A DNA stretch of 28,293 nt from a virus (Duplodnaviria > Heunggongvirae > Uroviricota > Caudoviricetes). A program made the position numbers and the translations under genes. This document shows, one piece after another, positions 1 to 8,888 of this stretch; the first letter of the stretch is position 1, and each line of letters opens with the position of its first letter. Where the stretch lies: positions 1 through 28,293 of the IMG/VR virus record IMGVR_UViG_3300031760_000004; one strand, written 5' to 3'. The notes under the pieces are model-generated. The model made no database searches. It saw only the letters and a list, made by a program, of their open reading frames with translations, and was not told where the DNA came from.

Positions 1-187
1 CATCAAGAACCGCCGGGCCGTGGCGTACATGTATTCCGGGCTGAAATGCGTCAAGAAGCACTACGGTGAGAACGAGCTCACGCTTCATGTGATGGGCTAT
101 CCGAGGATGAACTGGGTGCTGAACGAGCTGCAGCAGCTCAAGGACACCCAGCAGGAGGGCCAGCCGATATGGGCGGCCAAGGAGTAG
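1..187 (+). CDS. Partial hypothetical protein (3' end only)
   Basis: Open frame from base 2 (IKNRRAVAYMYSG...PIWAAKE*) ending in TAG at 185-187, 3 nt before the next ATG; GC-biased third positions like its neighbours. Confidence 0.7.
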   Translation, partial: IKNRRAVAYMYSGLKCVKKHYGENELTLHVMGYPRMNWVLNELQQLKDTQQEGQPIWAAKE

Positions 188-190
188 CGT

Positions 191-709
191 ATGCCAGCCT
201 TGCGACCGAAAAGCAGAAGCTACGCCGGAAGACAGGTTGACCTGGAGCTTCTCAAGCACGTCGAGGACCCCGCGGCGTTCACGTCCCTCAGGAGGGTCTT
301 CCCGGACTCGAACACGACTCCGCGCATTGTGTCCGGCATAGAGAAGCAGGTGCAGCGGTACGCCAAGATCTTCCTCACCAACCTCGGATCGTCCAGGCTG
401 GCCGGGGACGTGGGCAACGACCTGCTGCGCGAGATATCAAGGGGTCGCGTCAACAGCCAGGGGTACCTGGACCATCTCGCCGCCGTGGCCAACGCCGAGA
501 CGCTCCTGTCCATGCAGGCCGACGACGGCAACGAGGACATGTTCGGCCCGGTCCCCGACGACGAGCGCGTGGTGTCGTCGGAGCTCAAGGGCGTCGAGCT
601 CGTGCGGGATCCGCTTTCCGGGGGGCGCGTGCACATATCGGTGTTCATATCCACGGCAGCCGGAGACGGATACACTTTCATAATACCTGTCGCGGCGGGG
701 GTTTCATGA
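191..709 (+). CDS. gp25/GpW-like baseplate wedge subunit
   Basis: GIEKQVQRYAKIFLT..GS...G..L and PDDERVVSSELKGVEL...VHISVFI match the gp25-like pattern; lies directly upstream of a baseplate J-like gene. Confidence 0.75.
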   Translation: MPALRPKSRSYAGRQVDLELLKHVEDPAAFTSLRRVFPDSNTTPRIVSGIEKQVQRYAKIFLTNLGSSRLAGDVGNDLLREISRGRVNSQGYLDHLAAVANAETLLSMQADDGNEDMFGPVPDDERVVSSELKGVELVRDPLSGGRVHISVFISTAAGDGYTFIIPVAAGVS

Positions 710-710
710 C

Positions 711-2375
711 ATGAGGGAGATAACCTTAGACAGCATCACGGACGAACAGCTGCAGTCGGAGGCGCAGCTGCTCATAAATATGGTCCGGACCAAGTATCCC
801 AAGCTGGACCTCCGGCGGGGGACCGTGCTCAGGGACCTGCTCATAGACGCCGACGCGGCCGTGGGCGCCATGTTCGCCGCCCAGGCCGTGGAGCAGCGCG
901 AGTCCTCATCGCTGCTCGCGCTTTCCGAGAGGGCCTCGGACGGCGAGGAGGTGGACCAGGACGACGTGAACGCCGTGCTGTCCAACTTCAACATGCAGTC
1001 GGTGTCCGGCACACGCGCCCACGGATACGTCAGGGTGCTGGTCGGGAACGGCGACGTTGACCACACGGTTCTCGCCGGCGTGCAGTTCAGGACGTCGGAC
1101 GACCTGACGTTCACGGTGGCGTCCGACACGTCGGCGTCGTCGAGTCCTTCGGCCGGGCAGGTGAAGCAATACGCCACGGGCACCGGCACGTACTGGTACC
1201 TTGTGCCCGTGGAGGCGGACGAGGACGGAGCCGCCGGCAACATAGAGCAGGGCCTTGCGCTGGAGCCGCTCACCGCCCTGGGAGACTTCCTGTCGGCCTC
1301 CGCGTACACCTCGTTCTCGGGCGGATCCGACCTTGAGGACCTGTCAAAGACCGTGGACCGCATAAAGACCTCCCTGTCGATGCGCGGCCTCACCAGCAAG
1401 TCGGCCGTAGAGGCGCAGCTCCGCGACCGGTACGACTCCGGTGACAACCCGGTAGTGGCGACTTCCGTGTGCGGCTACGGCAACCGCGCCCAGCGCCGCG
1501 ACAGGCACAACCCGTTCGGCACGGCCGTTGGCGGAAGGGCCGACGTATACGTCAGGAACTTCACCGAGCTCCCGCTGGCCGACAACATCGCGGTCTCCGG
1601 CGACATCATACCCGAGTCCGTGTCGCACGACACGGAAGGCAACCCCGTGAGCGCGTCTTTCAGGATCGACATCTCCCACGACGACGTGCCGGGCGTCATA
1701 AGCGTGTATTCGGTTTCAGACCCGGACTCCCAGTCGCTGTCCTCGTACCTGTTCAAGGCCGAGTACTCCGGGGACGTGTCCGGGGTGTGGCACGACTTCG
1801 ACGTGTCCGACGACGTGCACGAGCTCGCCAACACCGTCTGGCGCGACGTTTCCATAACGGCCAGGGACGTTCCCGTGACAGCCGAGGAGGTGTCCGCCGG
1901 CTCCAGGATGTTCCGCGTCGAGCTGGTCGCCCTTCCGGCGGCGAAAAGCATCCAGGACTTCGTGGACGACGGCCTTGTCCGGAATGTCGCGGCTGACTAC
2001 GTGGTCAGGGGGCCAATGGTCGTCAACGTGTCCGTCAACGCCGTGGTCAGGTATAGGTATTCCACCGGGTTCGACAAGTCCAGGGCCGTGTCCGAGATAT
2101 GCCGGTACGTCAACTCCACCGGGTTCCCGGGGCGCCTCACTAGGTCGGAGATCTCGTCCATCCTCATAGGGCTCGGAGCCTCCAGCGTGGACCTCTTCGA
2201 CGAGAACGAGATGCTGTACGGGTACGTGTACGACGCCTTCGGCGTGAAGCACGAGCTTTCAGGCGACGCCCTTGACCTGGCGGTGGTGGCTGACGCCGAG
2301 GCCATGCTCACGGAGGACACCGCCGTGTTCGTTGTCGAACCAAGAAACGTCCAGATAACCGCAATAGCCGAGTAG
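711..2375 (+). CDS. Baseplate J-like (T4 gp6-type) wedge protein
   Basis: A.GYVRV...TV.AG..F.T...LTF, VPVEA...G.AGNI and FSGGSD.E....DRI...L motifs typical of the baseplate J family; 554 aa. Confidence 0.85.
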   Translation: MREITLDSITDEQLQSEAQLLINMVRTKYPKLDLRRGTVLRDLLIDADAAVGAMFAAQAVEQRESSSLLALSERASDGEEVDQDDVNAVLSNFNMQSVSGTRAHGYVRVLVGNGDVDHTVLAGVQFRTSDDLTFTVASDTSASSSPSAGQVKQYATGTGTYWYLVPVEADEDGAAGNIEQGLALEPLTALGDFLSASAYTSFSGGSDLEDLSKTVDRIKTSLSMRGLTSKSAVEAQLRDRYDSGDNPVVATSVCGYGNRAQRRDRHNPFGTAVGGRADVYVRNFTELPLADNIAVSGDIIPESVSHDTEGNPVSASFRIDISHDDVPGVISVYSVSDPDSQSLSSYLFKAEYSGDVSGVWHDFDVSDDVHELANTVWRDVSITARDVPVTAEEVSAGSRMFRVELVALPAAKSIQDFVDDGLVRNVAADYVVRGPMVVNVSVNAVVRYRYSTGFDKSRAVSEICRYVNSTGFPGRLTRSEISSILIGLGASSVDLFDENEMLYGYVYDAFGVKHELSGDALDLAVVADAEAMLTEDTAVFVVEPRNVQITAIAE

Positions 2376-2382
2376 GTCCCAG

Positions 2383-4155
2383 ATGTCAGAGTTGAACAGG
2401 ACTGCAATACCGTCGGAATCGAAGTCGTCCGCGCCGGCCGACACGACGCCGTCATTCTCGGGCAATTCGGACACGCTGTTCGAGTGGCTCGGGTCGTTCT
2501 GGTCCGAGGTATACGGCGACCCGGACTTCGTAAGGGAGCTCCAGTCCGCACGCGCCATGCGCGTGGCGCAGCTGTATTTGGACCTGCTCGAGAACCTCAA
2601 GCTGGAGGACCGCGAGAACGCGCCCGTCTTCCACCGTGAGCGCTGGCACCCCGTCGTACTTCGCAGGAGCACGCGCAACACCGGTTCCGCCGGCATGTCC
2701 AGGCTCACGTCCGGGACGACAGGCGAGGTCGACGAGGGCGGACCCGTGCCGAAGCTCAACTTGGGCGTGCAGCGCAGCGAAGTCTACGGCGAGTGCACCG
2801 TCGTCACGCTGGGCGGGGTCGACGCGAACTACCGCGGCATGGTTGTGTACCCCCTTGACGGGGCCTCGTCGGATCTCAAGTCCGCCGCGTGCGCCACCAA
2901 CGGCGTGACCGACGCGTCCGTCGTCATGGAGGCCGGGGTTGACTTCGCGGTTCTCGACGGCGCGATAGCCGTGTCCGAGCGGTGCGACCCGTTTGACGGA
3001 GAAAACGCCGGAAAGTTCCCCAAGTTCGAGATAGTCGGGGAGCCAGGGGGCGCGGGAGACGTGGAGACCGTCCTGTGGGTGTGCGACGCCATGTTCGACC
3101 GCGACCTGGTATACAGGGCGCTGGGGTACGCCATGAGGCTGCCGTCGAGGGCGTCGGAGACGTACAAGCGCGTTGTGAACGCCGCCTGGAACGCTGTCGC
3201 GTCAGGCGCCACCCCGCTTCTGGTCAGGTCGCTCATGGCCTCGATATGCGGGATACCCACGGTCAAGGAGGACGGCGAAGTGGTCGAACACGTCAACCGG
3301 TTCTCCGACGGCCTCATACAGGTCATAACCGACAGGAACGTGTACAGCCTCGAACCCGGGTCCGAGCTTCGCAAAAACGTCAGGCGCGGGGCGGCGCTCC
3401 GCAGGTTCGACACGCTTGACAAGGCGATAAGGGTGTACGCCTGCACCACCGACGCCAGACGGCTTCCGGAGTACAACGACTTCCTAGACGACTTCGACGA
3501 GTTCACGGAGGATGTCCCGGCGATCGACCTTCCGCCGGCGCTGTTCAGATCCAGCCTCAGGAACGGGTTTTCCGTGAGCTGGGCGCTTGAGGACGTCGTG
3601 TACTGCGGTCCGGACGCGAACGGCAATCCGAGGCTGAGGTTCAGACTTGGAGGCTCCGTGGAAGACGAGGACAGGTTCTGGGCCGACACCTGGAAGAGGT
3701 ACGAGGAGTCCGGAAAGTCCATGGTGTCTTGTCTGGAGGGCGTCACCTATGATACAATCTATGAGGTCGGAGCCGTGTGGACGCAGATCTCCCCGATGGA
3801 GTTCTTCATGCACAACCTCATCGGCGCCAACACGCTGATCATAACGGTCAGGACGGATACCCTTGCGGATGACGCCCCGCTCTACGATCCGAAGTTCTTC
3901 GGCGTCGTAAGGGAGTGCGTGCCGTCATACATAAGGCTGTACGTGGTCGAGCATTCCAAGGCCGGTTCGGAGAGGAAGTGCCTCGCCGGGTCGTCCGACG
4001 AGACCGACCTGTACGTCGGCGAGGAGTACGAGGACAGCGTGTCCTACCAGCCGTTCAAGAAGCGCAAGCGCGGCGGAAGGACGCATGACCGGGTGGACTC
4101 CAAATGGGTGGCGTCCTGCCGCGGATACAACGAGGAAGAGGATGAAGACTACTGA
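2383..4155 (+). CDS. Putative baseplate wedge partner (gp7/tail protein I position)
   Basis: 590-aa ORF immediately after baseplate J; function inferred from synteny only. Confidence 0.45.
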   Translation: MSELNRTAIPSESKSSAPADTTPSFSGNSDTLFEWLGSFWSEVYGDPDFVRELQSARAMRVAQLYLDLLENLKLEDRENAPVFHRERWHPVVLRRSTRNTGSAGMSRLTSGTTGEVDEGGPVPKLNLGVQRSEVYGECTVVTLGGVDANYRGMVVYPLDGASSDLKSAACATNGVTDASVVMEAGVDFAVLDGAIAVSERCDPFDGENAGKFPKFEIVGEPGGAGDVETVLWVCDAMFDRDLVYRALGYAMRLPSRASETYKRVVNAAWNAVASGATPLLVRSLMASICGIPTVKEDGEVVEHVNRFSDGLIQVITDRNVYSLEPGSELRKNVRRGAALRRFDTLDKAIRVYACTTDARRLPEYNDFLDDFDEFTEDVPAIDLPPALFRSSLRNGFSVSWALEDVVYCGPDANGNPRLRFRLGGSVEDEDRFWADTWKRYEESGKSMVSCLEGVTYDTIYEVGAVWTQISPMEFFMHNLIGANTLIITVRTDTLADDAPLYDPKFFGVVRECVPSYIRLYVVEHSKAGSERKCLAGSSDETDLYVGEEYEDSVSYQPFKKRKRGGRTHDRVDSKWVASCRGYNEEEDEDY

Positions 4156-4156
4156 C

Positions 4157-4849
4157 ATGCTTTCAAGGATACGCGGCGCGGTCCGCGCATATTTCGTCTC
4201 CCCGGGCGCAATCGGCGCAAAGGCGGCCGACTCGTCGTACCCGGCCCTGTCCGTGCACAACACCCTGTCTTTCGCAGCGGCGGACGTAATGGCCGCCGCG
4301 TACGGGGGCGACACCTCTCGCATCCCGAAGTACATCGGGTTTATCTACGGCGTTGACACGGCGCCGTCCCTTCCGCCGATAGACCGCGCAATGACCATGC
4401 AGTCGGTGCGCAAGATGATAGAGGACATCGGCGACGCGAACATGCAGGTCGCCAGGTTCAGCCGCAAGCCGACGGTGGGCGACTACGGCACGTTCGGTGA
4501 GCAGGAGTCTCCTCTCTGCCCCGATCCGGAGAACTCGAACGACTCTAACGACTCCAATGGTTCAAACGACGTTCAAAAGTACTACGGAAACGTGGTCGAG
4601 TTCCACGCGATGACCAGGACCGGCCCCGACGGCTTCTACGCCAACGACACGCTTTCCGGAGGCGTGTTCGCCGGCGAATGGGGAAACGGGATGACGATAT
4701 ACAGGGCGGTGCTGCTGGGCGACGGCCGCAACCCGTGCGAGGATCCGTACACCGTGCTGGCCATGGTGGACCTCAAGAAGAACAACGTGTACCGGCAGAA
4801 GCCGGAGAACTACGAGCTCGCCCTTGACTGGCGCGTGATATTCGAATAG
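4157..4849 (+). CDS. Putative baseplate/tail-collar-type structural protein with DSN repeat
   Basis: Start moved to ATG 4157 (TGA-C-ATG junction). HNT...ADVMAA...IGF and the C-terminal K..NYELALDWRVIF resemble the fibre-attachment/collar proteins of myovirus baseplates. Confidence 0.55.
   Translation: MLSRIRGAVRAYFVSPGAIGAKAADSSYPALSVHNTLSFAAADVMAAAYGGDTSRIPKYIGFIYGVDTAPSLPPIDRAMTMQSVRKMIEDIGDANMQVARFSRKPTVGDYGTFGEQESPLCPDPENSNDSNDSNGSNDVQKYYGNVVEFHAMTRTGPDGFYANDTLSGGVFAGEWGNGMTIYRAVLLGDGRNPCEDPYTVLAMVDLKKNNVYRQKPENYELALDWRVIFE
4532..4570 (+). repeat. In-frame DSN-type 9-bp repeat, site 1
   Basis: AAC TCG AAC GAC TCT AAC GAC TCC AAT GGT TCA AAC GAC = NSNDSNDSNGSND. Confidence 0.9.
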
Positions 4850-4857
4850 GAGTCAAA

Positions 4858-7800
4858 ATGGCAGTCTGGCAGAAAGTCACAGAACTCGTAGACGGCTCTC
4901 CGGTGGCCGCCGAGACATTCAACCCGCCCATTGCCCAGCTCGCCTCCAGGACAGACTACCTGAAGGACATGCTCGACCGCCTGCTGGATGACGGCGGCCG
5001 GGGCGCGATAACCGTCCGCGTCCAGCTTTCGGCAAGCGACACCCCCGTGGCCGGCGACATCGTGTGCGTCGACCCGGCCACCGGGCTTTACAGGAAGGCC
5101 ATAGCGTCAATGGACCTGTACGACGCGTATACGGCCTCGGAGAAGGCGTTCGCCATAGGCATCCTCGTAAACCGCGACCCGGACTCCCTGTCGGGCCTCG
5201 TCACGCTGTACGGCCGCATCTCGCTTTCTGGTCTGAACACGTCCGGCATGGTGGACGGCGCGTCCGGCGTGTTCACTGGCGGCCAGTACTACCTGTCGTC
5301 AACCGCGCCTGGAAAGATCACGCGCTTCCCGAACGGGCCCAGGATCCTCATCGGGTATTTCGCAAGGGCCGTGCAGAAGAACGGGTCTTACAACGGGGAT
5401 GTCGCGTTCATAAACCCGCAGCACATGGACATAGAGTCCCATGCCCACAGAACGTACACGCTTCTCGCAAGGCCGTGCGGCGTATCGTCGCTGGAGTTTC
5501 CGGATAATTCTAACGATTACACCGATTCAACCGATTCAAACGATTCAAACGACCAATTACCGGCCGGACGCGTTGTGGTGAACGGGTATCTGCCTCAAGA
5601 AGTTGCAAACGGCGGTGTCGGCATCCCGTATCTCGTTGTGTGCGGCGATTGGACCGTGGACTATGCCGAAAGCTATGCGGTTACAGTATCAAATGGAGTC
5701 GTTGACTGCAACGAGCAGTCTACAAAATGGCCGGTTGACGTCGAGTGGTGCAAGGTCGGCGCTAATGAATGCGGTAGCGGAAAACTGAACTTCTTCGGGG
5801 ACAGCATAGCCGTTGGCAAGCATGGTCTGAGAATCAAGCTTCAGCCGTCCGCAGGAATGTCGGAGGATACCCCGTTCGGTGTCAGGGACCTTACGGATGA
5901 ACAGCGCACATGGTCCATTGACAGGTTCAGCGGGTGCGGGTGGTCGAAGGCCGACGCCGACACGGTGTCCGAGTTCGGTTCCGGAATGATCCGTTTTGGA
6001 GGGGTATCCGACAAGTTCATGAACCACATAGTGGTCCAGGCCCCGGAAAAAATATACGACCTCACGACATCAATCGCCAGGACAGACGAAGGCGACCGGC
6101 TTGAAGTCGATGGCCGTGTGTACGTGTTCACCACGTCTCTGACGCCTGAGGACTCCAACGATTCGTCCGAGGAGGTCACCTATATCCAGATTCTTGACAA
6201 CACTGTGCAGCACGACACGTTCGACACCTTGGCGCAGCTGTGCGACTACGAGGACGGGGCGGTGTTCTACGAGGACAGGTACCTACGGCAGGTTCTTCTT
6301 GGCGCCGACGACGTGTTGTTCAATGACGAACCGTTGACTCCGGCGGTTTCGGGAACATCAAGCGACATGTTCGCCCTGGTGTCGTATGACAATGGCGAAT
6401 CGCTGTTGGCGCCGGTCATCGTCGGGCAGGCCAGAGAGCTTAGCGTTGTGAAGGTGGATCCCTGGAAGGTGGTCCAGCTTAGAAACGGACTCAACATGAT
6501 GGTGTTCCCTGGTGGGGGACTGGAGTTCGGAAGCAAGGCCGTCGCGGACATCTACTGTGTTCCAGGCTCGAAGTTCCGGTACAATATCGAGTTCGACAAC
6601 GACCTCAAGCTCCATTTCCCGCCTGTTCCAGCCCGATCCGGCTGCCTGATGCTGAACGGTGTCGAGCTTGAGTCGTACGAGAACTACGGCAACAGGGCGG
6701 TCATCGCCATCGGTGACGACTCCATCTACTGGCGTGACGACACCGAGGGCCGGCAGCCGTGGCCGTTCCCGGACATGGCGCAGTACGACAAGGTCCCGGC
6801 CGAGGACGAGTACCGCGAGCTGTTCCATTTCGTGTCGGAGTTCCACTCCGAGACGGGGCCGGTGACGTCGCTCCATCCGGCGGAGGGGTCGCCGATAACC
6901 ATACGCAGGTGCGGAACCGACGAAGACGCGACGGTCGGCGACCTTGAACTCGACGTCGACCTAATGCTCGGCATGTCGGACCGGAACACCCCCGGGTACA
7001 AGGTGCCCAAGGCGTTCAGGGGAGGAAAGTTCCTGCTCGGACCCGTCGTGGAGAAGGTAGTGGCGGGTCCTGGCATATCGATTTCAAAGAAGGCCGGCGT
7101 GCCGGACGGGCAGGGTGTCGTCACGATATCAGCCGACGGGTCGCAGTACGCTGGCGACTTCGAGACGGTCGCGCTTGAAAACGCGAAGCTGGAGTCCGTG
7201 GGCATGTTCCCGTACACCAGGCTCCTTAAGTGGGATCCGGCCTCGGACTCCAACATACCGACCGGTTTCGTGGCCAAGTTCCACGTCCCGGCGACGGCGT
7301 CGGACGCCGTGTACCGCGTGAAGTTCTACGCCACGGTGTTCGGCGAGGCGTCGTTCTCCGGCGAGTACAGGAACGCCGGCGTGCGCATGGACTACAGCAT
7401 CCTCCCCGACTTCACGATGGTTGGTTCCGAACTGCCGACGGCCAACTTGAAGACAGGCCTCATACGGCCTGACGAATCCGTGGTGCTCGACATCCCGTTC
7501 GGCGCCCCGGACGACAACGCCGAGGTGTCGTACACGGCGTACGACCCGATCCTCGTGCATAACGACGCGGCAATAGCCGACGTGTCCGGGCGTAGCGCCA
7601 GGGTGCTTGACTACGCCTTCCCGACCGAGAAGGACTGCGCCGGGTACGTCGATTCCCACGCGGGCAAGTTGTCCGGCGTGTTCGGGATACGCCCCGGGTA
7701 CACGGTCGCGATACGGTTCTCCCGCGACGCGCCGAGCTCCGGCACGCCGTACACGGGCGCCATCGGGTTTCTGAATCTTCGCTGGGCGGTAGAGGAGGTG

Positions 7801-7950
7801 TCCGTGATCGACGTAGGAGGCAAGACCTACGACGATATCGTGGCCATCACCGTGGCCAACCTTCGGAAGGCGGCCAGGAAGTCCGGTCCGTTCGACACCG
7901 GCTACTCCGTGGCGGATTTCCTCACCAAGGTGGCGAACGCCCTTAGGTAG
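4858..7950 (+). CDS. Tail fibre/baseplate-attached protein, 1030 aa
   Basis: GGAG SD; N-terminal TFNPPIAQLASRTDYLKD anchor motif typical of myovirus tail fibres; YYLSSTAPGKIT..P module; two DSN tracts. Confidence 0.65.
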   Translation: MAVWQKVTELVDGSPVAAETFNPPIAQLASRTDYLKDMLDRLLDDGGRGAITVRVQLSASDTPVAGDIVCVDPATGLYRKAIASMDLYDAYTASEKAFAIGILVNRDPDSLSGLVTLYGRISLSGLNTSGMVDGASGVFTGGQYYLSSTAPGKITRFPNGPRILIGYFARAVQKNGSYNGDVAFINPQHMDIESHAHRTYTLLARPCGVSSLEFPDNSNDYTDSTDSNDSNDQLPAGRVVVNGYLPQEVANGGVGIPYLVVCGDWTVDYAESYAVTVSNGVVDCNEQSTKWPVDVEWCKVGANECGSGKLNFFGDSIAVGKHGLRIKLQPSAGMSEDTPFGVRDLTDEQRTWSIDRFSGCGWSKADADTVSEFGSGMIRFGGVSDKFMNHIVVQAPEKIYDLTTSIARTDEGDRLEVDGRVYVFTTSLTPEDSNDSSEEVTYIQILDNTVQHDTFDTLAQLCDYEDGAVFYEDRYLRQVLLGADDVLFNDEPLTPAVSGTSSDMFALVSYDNGESLLAPVIVGQARELSVVKVDPWKVVQLRNGLNMMVFPGGGLEFGSKAVADIYCVPGSKFRYNIEFDNDLKLHFPPVPARSGCLMLNGVELESYENYGNRAVIAIGDDSIYWRDDTEGRQPWPFPDMAQYDKVPAEDEYRELFHFVSEFHSETGPVTSLHPAEGSPITIRRCGTDEDATVGDLELDVDLMLGMSDRNTPGYKVPKAFRGGKFLLGPVVEKVVAGPGISISKKAGVPDGQGVVTISADGSQYAGDFETVALENAKLESVGMFPYTRLLKWDPASDSNIPTGFVAKFHVPATASDAVYRVKFYATVFGEASFSGEYRNAGVRMDYSILPDFTMVGSELPTANLKTGLIRPDESVVLDIPFGAPDDNAEVSYTAYDPILVHNDAAIADVSGRSARVLDYAFPTEKDCAGYVDSHAGKLSGVFGIRPGYTVAIRFSRDAPSSGTPYTGAIGFLNLRWAVEEVSVIDVGGKTYDDIVAITVANLRKAARKSGPFDTGYSVADFLTKVANALR
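5503..5553 (+). repeat. In-frame DSN-type repeat, site 2
   Basis: Encodes DNSNDYTDSTDSNDSND; ends in GATTCAAACGATTCAAACGAC. Confidence 0.9.
6151..6168 (+). repeat. In-frame DSN-type repeat, site 3
   Basis: GAC TCC AAC GAT TCG TCC = DSNDSS. Confidence 0.7.
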
Positions 7951-7960
7951 GAGGTGTGAC

Positions 7961-8887
7961 GTGGCCTCCGTGATCAATGCAGAATGGCTAAACCAGAATT
8001 CTCAGCGGGCGTATCCGTTCGCCGAGGACATGCTCAGGCGCCCCACGATTGACGGGGCCGTGTCCCCCGGGTACGCTATACCCAACGGCGCGTTTCTCGA
8101 CATGGTCATGGCCACCAATTTCGACCCGCAGCCGTCCGTGTACCTGAGCGCGTTCACCCTTGCTGGCTCATCTGCCACGGCCGTAATCTCCGACGCCTCG
8201 GACGGCGGGGTGCTTGCCGTCGCCTCAGCCGTTGTCACGGACGACGAGTACACCCCAGTGAACTTCTCGGGTTCCGGAAGGCACGACGACATCAGGGGCA
8301 CGGTGGTGTTTGGAAACCTCGCGGCCGTGGCGCAGTCGCTGCCGGACGGAATCTACCGGTTCGGCCCCGGCGAGACCAGGTTCGAGGCGAGATGCTGCCG
8401 CCCGTCAATCCCGTGCGTGAGCGGGCTGTTCCTGACGAACGCGGCCGGGACGCAGGACGGCGCCAGGCTCCGCGGCGACGTGGCCATCGTGGCCGGCCAG
8501 AACGTGTGGCTCGACTACGACGAGGAGAACAACGCGATCATCATAAACGCCGACAACAGGTACGGGTACAACGACAAGTGCGACTGCGACTCCGGCGACA
8601 GGCGCCAGCCCATTCTTACCGTGAACGGCATAAGCGCCCCGGAAGTCGAGATAGAGGGCGGCGACTGCGTGAACGTCGAGAAGCGGGACGGCCGGATAAT
8701 AATATCGGACACCTGCTCGAAGCCGTGCTGCGGGTGTGCCGAGCTGACATTCCTCAACCAGAAGACCAACAACATAACCACTTCAATAGGCACGCTGGAG
8801 CAGTACGCGAACAGCCTCCACGACAGGCTGGAGGACTTCGTGCGGAACGTCCTGCTCTCCAACCGGAGCCAGTCAAAGTTCCTGTAG
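7961..8887 (+). CDS. Structural protein, paralogue 1 of the N-x4-aromatic-PF family
   Basis: GTG start with AGGAGGT SD at 7949-7955; WLNQNSQRAYPF; C-terminal CSKPCCGC followed by a heptad-like helix. Confidence 0.75.
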   Translation: MASVINAEWLNQNSQRAYPFAEDMLRRPTIDGAVSPGYAIPNGAFLDMVMATNFDPQPSVYLSAFTLAGSSATAVISDASDGGVLAVASAVVTDDEYTPVNFSGSGRHDDIRGTVVFGNLAAVAQSLPDGIYRFGPGETRFEARCCRPSIPCVSGLFLTNAAGTQDGARLRGDVAIVAGQNVWLDYDEENNAIIINADNRYGYNDKCDCDSGDRRQPILTVNGISAPEVEIEGGDCVNVEKRDGRIIISDTCSKPCCGCAELTFLNQKTNNITTSIGTLEQYANSLHDRLEDFVRNVLLSNRSQSKFL

Positions 8888-8888
8888 C

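Noticed and set aside
191-7950. Bacterial eCIS, tailocin or T6SS locus
   Set aside because: Cannot be fully excluded without capsid genes, but the multiple fibres, DUF3008-like gene and phage-style gene packing fit a phage better, and no T6SS membrane or Afp-type ATPase genes are present
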